NCBI GenBank assembly: GCA_964016885.1
Contig: OZ024757.1
Coordinates: 4,154,001-4,218,000, forward strand
Length of the DNA stretch: 64,000 bases
Source of the DNA: Eledone cirrhosa
Taxonomy: Eukaryota
Reading direction: 5' to 3'
Position 1 is the stretch's first letter. Each line of letters opens with the position of its first letter. The translations under genes and the position numbers were made by a program. Below the pieces are notes generated by a model. It was not told the DNA's origin. It saw only the letters and a list, made by a program, of their open reading frames with translations, and did no database searches. This document shows positions 54,790-64,000 of the stretch, in pieces.

Positions 54790-55520
54790 ATGCCACCTAA
54801 AAAGAGAAGTCGCCTCAGTTGACATACCGCGTCAGCAGTGGCGCAAAATGCTACTATAGCAAACGAGTCCTCTGAGGTAAATGCTTCAAGACTTTCACAG
54901 ACAGCCTTACGTTCAGCAGAATGTCGAGCCGCTGAAAGTTTCCAACAGCGCACCGCACGCCTAGCCAAAATGGCTTCATACCAGGCTTCGTCCAGGGCTT
55001 CAGAGAGCCGTGAACAAATGTCGAAGCGCCTGGCTAGAAACGCTGCGACTAATGCTGCTTCCAGCTCTTTGGAACGTTTAAAACAACGGACGGCTCGCCT
55101 TCCTACGGACGCTGCGGCTATGACTACTTCCATGGCTTCTGAAGATGCAGACTGGCGGTCCATTAGCATTGCAAATGTTGCTTCTGCTATTGCTGCCAGA
55201 CCTTCCCACCAACCTCACGACCAATGTTCTACGTTCAAGCGTAACAGTCGACGGCGAGAAGCTGCACGCGGTGTGACGAGCCCCAACAGCCCTTACTGGC
55301 ACCTAGGGGCTTTCAAGTATGAGCAAAACGTTAATTACTCGATGCGCTCTGACATAAATATAGGCGAGATGCGCTTCAATTGCCAATTCTGCAATGCTAC
55401 AAAGTGGGCTGGGGAGCCACCTGCAATGTGCTGCTTAAACGGTAACGTCACCTTGCCCCCTCTTCCGGAACCGCCAGAGCCTTTGAAGGAACTACTGACT
55501 GGTTATACCTCAAGGTCAAC
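54790..55520 (+). pseudogene. Helitron RepHel N-terminus
   Basis: MPPKKRSRLS*, ES..QR..RL repeats, CQFCNATKWAGEPPAMCCLNGNVTLPPLPEPPEPLKELL. Confidence 0.9.
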
Positions 55521-55549
55521 AAAACAAAACCCGGATCCCCCCAATAAAA

Positions 55550-56812
55550 AACGCTCCTGGGGGTACCGGAAAAACTTTTGTAACGAATTTGATTCTCGCT
55601 AAGATTCGTCAGGAGAAAAAAGATGCGTTGTCCGTTGCATCGTCCGGGATCGCTGCTACTTTGCTGCCGAGAGGCAGGACAGCACATTCAACCTTTAAAC
55701 TCCCTTTGGATTTAGTAAAAACTGAGACACCAACATGCAATATCAGCAAGAGTTCACAAAAAGCTCTGGTTCTCAAAAGATGTTGCCTCATTCTTTGGGA
55801 TGAGTGCACAATGGCACACAAGGGTGCCCTTGAGGCATTGGACTGGGCTCGGAAAGACATTAGGGATTCTACGGCTCCTATGGGTGGCGTAACCCTTCTG
55901 CTATCAGAGGATTTTCGGAAAACGCTGCCTGTCATCCCCAAATGGACAAGAGCTGATGAAGTGCGTGCCTGTCTTAAGTCGTCCATGTTGTGGCTCCAGG
56001 TGAATAGTTTGTACCTGAGCACAAATATGCGTGCTCATTTGCATGGTGACAACATGTCTGCAGCACAGAACATTTTAGCACTTGGTGAGGGCAAGATCCC
56101 TGCGGATGACAAGGGCGGCATAGCAATCGACACTCTGTGCAACACTGTGAGCAGACCTTCTGACCTTTGGGAAGCAGTTTTTCCTAATGTCTCATCTAAC
56201 TTAAAAAACCTCGATTGGCTCAGCGAAAGAGCCATCCTTGCTCCGAAAAATACCATGGTTAATTTTATTAACGAGCAGCTGATTGAGAAGATTCCCGGTA
56301 AAGAGCACATCTTCAAATCAGACCCCGACGATATCATTAATTATCCGGTTGAGTTATTAAATCTCCTTGAGCCCCGGGGCTCCCACCTCACATTACAAAG
56401 CTTAGGGTTGGCTGTCCCATTATGCTAATAAGGAACTTGCGTCCACCAAAGCAGTGCAACGGTACTCGCATGGTCGTCAAGTCACTTACACCCACTTGAT
56501 TGAGGCCACCATTGTAACGGGGTGCGGAAGAGGGAAGAATGCTTTCATTCCAAGGATGAACCTTTTCCCCTCGGCGTTGATATCCCGTTCGATTTCCGGC
56601 GATCCCAATTCCCGGTGAGACCATGTTTTGCCATGTCCATTAACAAGTCACAAGGGCAAACATTGTCGGTGGCGGGCATCCATTTGGGGGAGTCATGCTT
56701 CTCCCATGGCCGACATTATGTTGCCTGTTCCCGCGCAGGGAGCAGGAATGGACTTTTTGCTTACTCTCCTCAAGGGATGACACGCAATATCGTCTACAAA
56801 GAGGTGCTATAG
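55550..56812 (+). pseudogene. Helitron PIF1-family helicase, frameshifted
   Basis: APGGTGKT, ASSGIAATLL..GRTAHSTFKLP, WDECTM, DFRKTLPV, LSTNMR, RAILAPKN, CNGTR, QFPVRPCFAMSINKSQGQTL, FSHGRHYVACSR. Confidence 0.95.
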
Positions 56813-57126
56813 ATGTTGGTGCAGGTGTTGGAGCTATGCCGTCTGGAACACTATTTCCTGGTAGGGTATCCCATGGCGGACAGATCTGACACCCAGCGGC
56901 ATCAGGGCCACCATCTTGCAACTTTGGTCTACTAAATTCGCTATTGGAGGATTATTAACCCATCATTGTTTGACCAAAATGCTAATTGGTTCGTAACTTT
57001 TAGTAACCGGTTCAACTGCTTTATGCACTTAATTGATAAGCTTATTCGCTTTCAAACCACGTTTACCTGTATGTAACTTTTCATAGCAAATGAACAAACC
57101 CGAGCAACGCCGGGCTAAACTGCTAG

Positions 57127-57424
57127 TATACGATATAATATAGCTACATATATACTATATACTATAGCTATATATATACTATATACTATAGCTATAAATA
57201 TACTATATACTATAGCTATATATATACTATAGCTAGATATATACAATATACTATAGCTATATATATACTATATACTATAGCTACATATATACTATATACT
57301 ATAGCTATATATATATATACCATATACTCTAGCTATATATATACTATTTACTATAGCTATATATATATACCATATACTCTAGCTATATATATACTATTTA
57401 CTATAGCTATATATATAAACCATA

Positions 57425-57512
<88 letters not shown>
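57127..57512. repeat. AT-rich 24-bp satellite grading into (TA)n
   Basis: Same units as 42097-52989. Confidence 0.93.
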
Positions 57513-57518
<6 letters not shown>

Positions 57519-58126
57519 TATGAAGAGAGAAGAAACATTTAGATATAATTAGTAATAAAATGTATCATACCTAAACTGCTCCTAAATTCCTCGACTACGT
57601 AGTTTCGTGGCATAAACAAAAACAATATATCATAAAGATATAGAGTCCTTGCGAGGTCTGCCGACTTATCAAGAGGATACCTCATTTTACTAGTCTCAAG
57701 AACGCGTCTACACGACGTGAGAAAGAATCCCAAAAGGCGGAGGGGGAGATAGTCACGCGATATAACGGTCGAGAAACAGAGCTAAGCCTCTTATAACCCC
57801 GAAGAAAATACCACGGAGGCGGAGGGGGTATTCATATCGGGGTTATAAGAGGCTTAGCTCTGTTTCTCGACCGTTATATCGCGTGACTATCTCCCCCTCC
57901 GCCTTTTGGGATTCTTTCTCACGTCGTGTAGACGCGTTCTTGAGACTAGTAAAATGAGGTATCCTCTTGATAAGTCGGCAGACCTCGCAAGGACTCTATA
58001 TCTTTATGATATATTGTTTTTGTTTATGCCACGAAACTACGTAGTCGAGGAATTTAGGAGCAGTTTAGGTATGATACATTTTATTACTAATTATATCTAA
58101 ATGTTTCTTCTCTCTTCATAATGTAT
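57513..58126. repeat. Apparently perfect inverted repeat, 290-bp arms, 34-nt spacer
   Basis: 57513-57802 vs 57837-58126; identical 64-aa pseudo-ORFs on opposite strands. Confidence 0.95.
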
Positions 58127-58281
58127 TTTTAACTCTGATACTGGTTCAGTCTAGTTCAACTGAATTGGTCTGTCCCAGTCATTCATTGAGCAACATCGGT
58201 GAAGTTGGCACCCTTAACTCACAGTTGGGTGCGGATGCATTCATGTATATATGTGTGTGTCCGCATGTATCTGTGTGTTTC

Positions 58282-58329
<48 letters not shown>

Positions 58330-58458
58330 AAAGTTCTATTTAAAATTGTTGGGATACAACAAGTAAATATTTTATAACTGATATAAAGCACTCGACAAGT
58401 TTTTGGAGTAGATATACGATATTAAATAAATGGAAACTATATTTATAAAACCATATTT

Positions 58459-58521
58459 ATTTCATTATACATATTTCAGGGATACCACATTAAAATATGG
58501 TATGCCTTCATCAGACAAAAT
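58459..58521 (-). ncRNA. Type I hammerhead ribozyme motif related to 30583-30641
   Basis: Minus strand ATTTTGT-CTGATGA-AGGcATACCATA...TGTGGTATcCCT-GAAA-TATGTA-TA-ATGAAAT-AAATATGGTTTT. Confidence 0.8.
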
Positions 58522-59015
58522 ACAATATATAAACAGTTTTATAAATAATTTTGACGTACCCTATTAGATGCGACCATTATTTTTGGAAGCTGTCTGGATA
58601 GTGAGATGTTTATAATTATTTTATTAGTTATAGTGTTAAGCACAGTTAGAAAAAGACGGAGAGAGAGAAGGAGAGAGAAAAAGAAGGAGAAAGAGAAAAG
58701 GAAGATATATATAAATAGATAGGAGGAAATGAAAAAGAAAGAAAAAAGAAAGAAATAAGAGAGATAATAATTCATCATACAGATAGAGAGAAACTCAAGA
58801 GAGAGGAAATACTATATAGAGAGGGGAGGATATATTGACAACATTACGTCATGTCATATTAAGTTGAATTAACAATTCATATGAAATGAATAATAAAAAT
58901 GTAAATATCAATATTCATAGATGAGACATAGATATATAATATGAGAAAATAACATTGTTCAATAATGACCATATGTTTAGTTTAAAACCTTGAGGTCAAT
59001 ATACCAAAATCTGAG

Positions 59016-62000
59016 TTATATATATACTATATACCATAGCTACATATATACAATATGCTATAGCTACATATATAGTATATACTATAGCTACACATATACT
59101 ATATACTATAGCTATATATATACTATAGCTATATATATTCTATATACCATAGCTACATATATATTATATACTATAACTACATATATACAATATACTATAA
59201 CTACATTTATACTACATATTATAGCAATATATATACTATATACTATATCTACATATATACTATATACTATAGCTATATAAATACTATATAACATAGCTAT
59301 ATACTACAGCTATATATATATATATATATATAGTATATAATATAGCTACATATAGACGATATACGATAGCTATATATATAAGATAGGTATATGTATACTA
59401 TATACAATAGCTACATATATATTATATATTATAGCTACATATATACTATATAATATATACTATAGCTACATATATACTATATACTATAGTTACATATATA
59501 CTCTATAATATAGCTATATATATACTATATAATTAGCTATGTATATATTATAGCTATATTTATACTATATACTATAGCTACATATATACTATATACTATA
59601 GCTATATATATACTATATATTATAGCTACATAAATACTATATACTATAGCTATACATATACTATAATCTATAGCTATATATATAATATATACTATAGCTA
59701 TATATATAATATATAGCATAGCTACATATATACTATATAATATAACTACATATATAATATATACTAGAGCTATATATATTCTGTATACCATAGCTACATT
59801 TATAATATATACTATAGCTATATATATATACTATGAGACTATAGCTTTATATATACAATAGACTATAGCTATATATATACTAAATACTATAGCTACATAT
59901 AAACTATATACTATAGCTACGTATATACTATAAAGTATAGCTACATATATACTATATACTATATCTATATATATTCTATATAACATAGCTACATATATAT
60001 TATATACTATAACGACATATATAACATATACTATAACTACATATATACTACATATTATAGCAATATATATACTATATACTATATCTACATATTATAGCAA
60101 TATATATACTATATACTATATCTACCTATATGCTATATATATATACTATATACTATAGCTACATATATACTATATACTATAGCTATATATATACTATATA
60201 TTATAGCTATATTTATACTATAGCTATATATATACTATATATTATAGCTAGATATATACTATAAAATATAGCTATATATATATACTATAGCTATATATAT
60301 ATATTCTATATACTATAGCTACATATATACTATATACTATATACTATAGCTACATATAGACGATATACGAGAGCTATATATATATACTATAGGTACATAT
60401 ATACTATATACCATAGCTACATATATACTATATACAATAGCTACATATATACTATATACTATAGCTATATATATACTATATACTATAGCTACAAATATAC
60501 TATATACTATAGCTACATATATACTATAATCTATAGCTATATATATAATATATAATATAGCTATATATATAATATATACCATAGCTACATATATACTATA
60601 TAATATAACTACATATATACTATATACTATAGCTATATTAATACTATATACTATAGCTATATATATATATATATATATATATAGCTACATATATACAATA
60701 TACTATAGCTATATATATACTATATACTATAGCTATATCTATACTATATACCATAGCTACATATAAGCTATATGTTTTAACTACATATACACTATATAAT
60801 ATAGCTGCATTTATACTATATACTATAGCTATATATATACTATATACTATAGATACATATATACTATATACTATAGCTATATATATATACTATATATTAT
60901 AGCTACATAAATACTATATACTATAGCTATACATATACTATAATCTATAGCTATATATATAATATATACTATAGCTATATATATAATATATAGCATAGCT
61001 ACATATATACTATATAATATAACTACATATATAATATATACTAGAGCTATATATATTCTGTATACCATAGCTACATTTATAATATATACTATAGCTATAT
61101 ATATATACTATGAGACTATAGCTTTATATATACAATAGACTATAGCTATATATATACTATATACTATAGCTACATATAAACTATATACTATAGCTACGTA
61201 TATACTATAAAGTATAGCTACATATATACTATATACTATATCTATATATATTCTATATAACATAGCTACATATATATTATATACTATAACGACATATATA
61301 ATATATACTATAACTACATATATACTACATATTATAGCAATATATATACTATATACTATATCTACATATAGCAATATATATACTATATACTATATCTACA
61401 TATATGCTATATATATATACTATATACTATAGCTACATATATACTATATACTATAGCTATATATATACTATATATTATAGCTATATTTATACTATAGCTA
61501 TATATATACTATATATTATAGCTAGATATATACTATAAACTATAGCTATATATATATACTATAGCTATATATATATATTCTATATACTATAGCTACATAT
61601 ATACTATATACTATATACTATAGCTACATATAGACGATATACGAGAGCTATATATATATACTATAGGTACATATATACTATATACCATAGCTACATATAT
61701 ACTATATACAATAGCTACATATATACTATATACTATAGCTATATATATACTATATACTATAGCTACAAATATACTATATACTATAGCTACATATATACTA
61801 TAATCTATAACTATATATATAATATATAATATAGCTATATATATAATATATACCATAGCTACATATATACTATATAATATAACTACATATATACTATATA
61901 CTATAGCTATATTAATACTATATACTATAGCTATATATATATATATATATATATATAGCTACATATATACAATATACTATAGCTATATATATACTATATA

Positions 62001-64000
62001 CTATAGCTATATGTATACTATATACCATAGCTACATATAAGCTATATGTTTTAACTACATATACACTATATAATATAGCTGCATTTATACTATATACTAT
62101 AGCTATATATATACTATATACTAGGGCTACATCTATATTATATACTATAGCTATATATATATACTATATATTATAGCTATATATATATACTATATACTGT
62201 AGCTATATCTATACTATAAACCATAGATACATATATACTATAACTACATATATACTATACACAATAGCTACACATATATAATATATTATAGCAACATATA
62301 TACTATATAATATAGCTATATATATATACTATATGCTATAGATATATATATATATTATATTCTATAGCTATATATGTACTCTATTCTATAGCTATATATA
62401 TATACTATATACTATAGCTATATATATATACTAACTACTATAGCTATATATATGCTATATACTATAACTACATATATACAATATACTATAGCTATATATA
62501 TATACTATACACTATAACTATATATATGTACTATATACTATAGCTACATATATACTATATACAATAGCTACATATATATTATATACTATAGCTATATATA
62601 GATACTATATACTATAGGTACATATATACGATATACTATAGCTACATATATACTATATACTATAGCTACATATATATATTATATACTATAGCAATATATA
62701 TTCTATATACCATAGCGACATATATATTATATACTATAGCTACATATATACTATATAATATAACTACATATATACTACATATTATAGCAATATATATACA
62801 ATATACTATAGCTTCATATATACTATATACTATAGCTATATATATACTATATCTTATAGCTATATATATACTATATCTTATAGCTATATATATACTATAT
62901 CTTATAGCTATATATATACTATATATTATAGCTATATATATACTATAGCTATATATATTCTATATATTATAGTTACATATATATTATATATTATAGCTAT
63001 ATATATTCTATCTATTATAGCTACATATATATTATATACTATAGCTATATATATATACTATATAATATAGCTATATATATATATATACTATATACTATAT
63101 CTATATACATATAATATACTATATACTATATCTATATACATATAATATACTATAGCTATATATATATACTATATACTATAGCTATATATATACTATATAC
63201 TATAGCTATATATATATAACATATACTATAGCTACATAAATACTATATAATATAGCTATATATATACTATATATAATAACTACATATATACTATAGCTAT
63301 ATATATATACTATATACTATATACAATAGTTACATATATACTATAGCTATATATATACTTTAGCTATATATATACTATATACTATAACTACATATATACT
63401 ATATATTATAGCTATATATATACTATATACTATAGCTACATATATACTATATACTATAGCTATATATATACTATATACTATAGCTATATATATACTATAT
63501 ACTATAGGTATATATATACTATATATCATAGCTACATATATACTATATACTATATAATATAGTTACATATATGCGATAGATATATATATATACTGTATAT
63601 TATAGCTATATATATACTATATAGCATAGCTACATATATACTATATAATATAGCTACATATATATTATAGCTACATATATACTATATACTAAAGCTATAT
63701 ATATTCTATATACCATAGCTACATAAATACTATATACTATAGCTATATATATATATACTATATACTATAGCTACATATATACTATAGCTATATATACGAT
63801 ATACCTTACCTATATATATACTATATATTGTAACTACATATTTAGTATATACTGTAGCTATATGTATACTATATACTATAGCTACAAATATACTATATAC
63901 TATAGCTATATATATACTATATACTATAGCTACAAATATACTATATACTATAGCTATATATATACTATATACTATAGCTACATATATACTCTACCTAGAT
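59016..64000. repeat. AT-rich 24-bp satellite, right block, runs off the window
   Basis: Same units; ~1.27-kb tandem duplication at ~59.6-62.1 kb. Confidence 0.96.

Larger units (their letters stand above)
52990..57126 (+). mobile_element. Helitron, internally deleted and non-autonomous
   Basis: A|TC 5' end (alternatives 52999, 53006); 3' hairpin CCCGaGC-aac-GCCGGG at 57099-57114 then CTAG|T; no TSD; joining the flanks restores a satellite unit; RepHel fragments inside. Confidence 0.93.

Noticed and set aside
55589-56812. Host PIF1 helicase gene
   Set aside because: Intronless, frameshifted and enclosed by Helitron termini together with a RepHel N-terminus.
41930-63529. Tyr/Ile-rich ORFs such as (ATYILYTI)n
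   Set aside because: Products of the 24-bp AT satellite.

Overview
Eukaryotic, gene-free, repeat-dominated window. The tRNA-derived SINEs resemble, from memory, Octopus SINEs, so a cephalopod origin is inferred but not verified. No intact host gene is supported. Layout: (1) 1-22.9 kb, a 65-bp satellite with a ~3.9-kb higher-order repeat; (2) 23.9-39.9 kb, a pile-up of Penelope-like element (PLE) fragments separated by (TA)n tracts, many with inverted ends and hammerhead ribozyme (HHR) motifs, including a 562-bp retrozyme-like unit and a CsRn1-type Ty3/Gypsy element with both LTRs (TSD TACC) that splits a PLE GIY-YIG domain; (3) 40.2-41.2 kb, a SINE whose A-box region is amplified 26x; (4) 42.1-64 kb, an AT-rich ~24-bp satellite with kb-scale higher-order repeats, interrupted by a Rep-deleted Helitron (carrying an RTE-like insert) and a 290-bp-arm palindrome centred on an HHR remnant. 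Best leads: an in-frame TGA at a conserved Cys of the rejoined GIY-YIG domain (possible selenocysteine PLE), the retrozyme-like unit, HHR cores recurrently varying at U4 (C-G/C/A-GAAGA), and repeated fold-back structures. All alignments and folds were done by eye.
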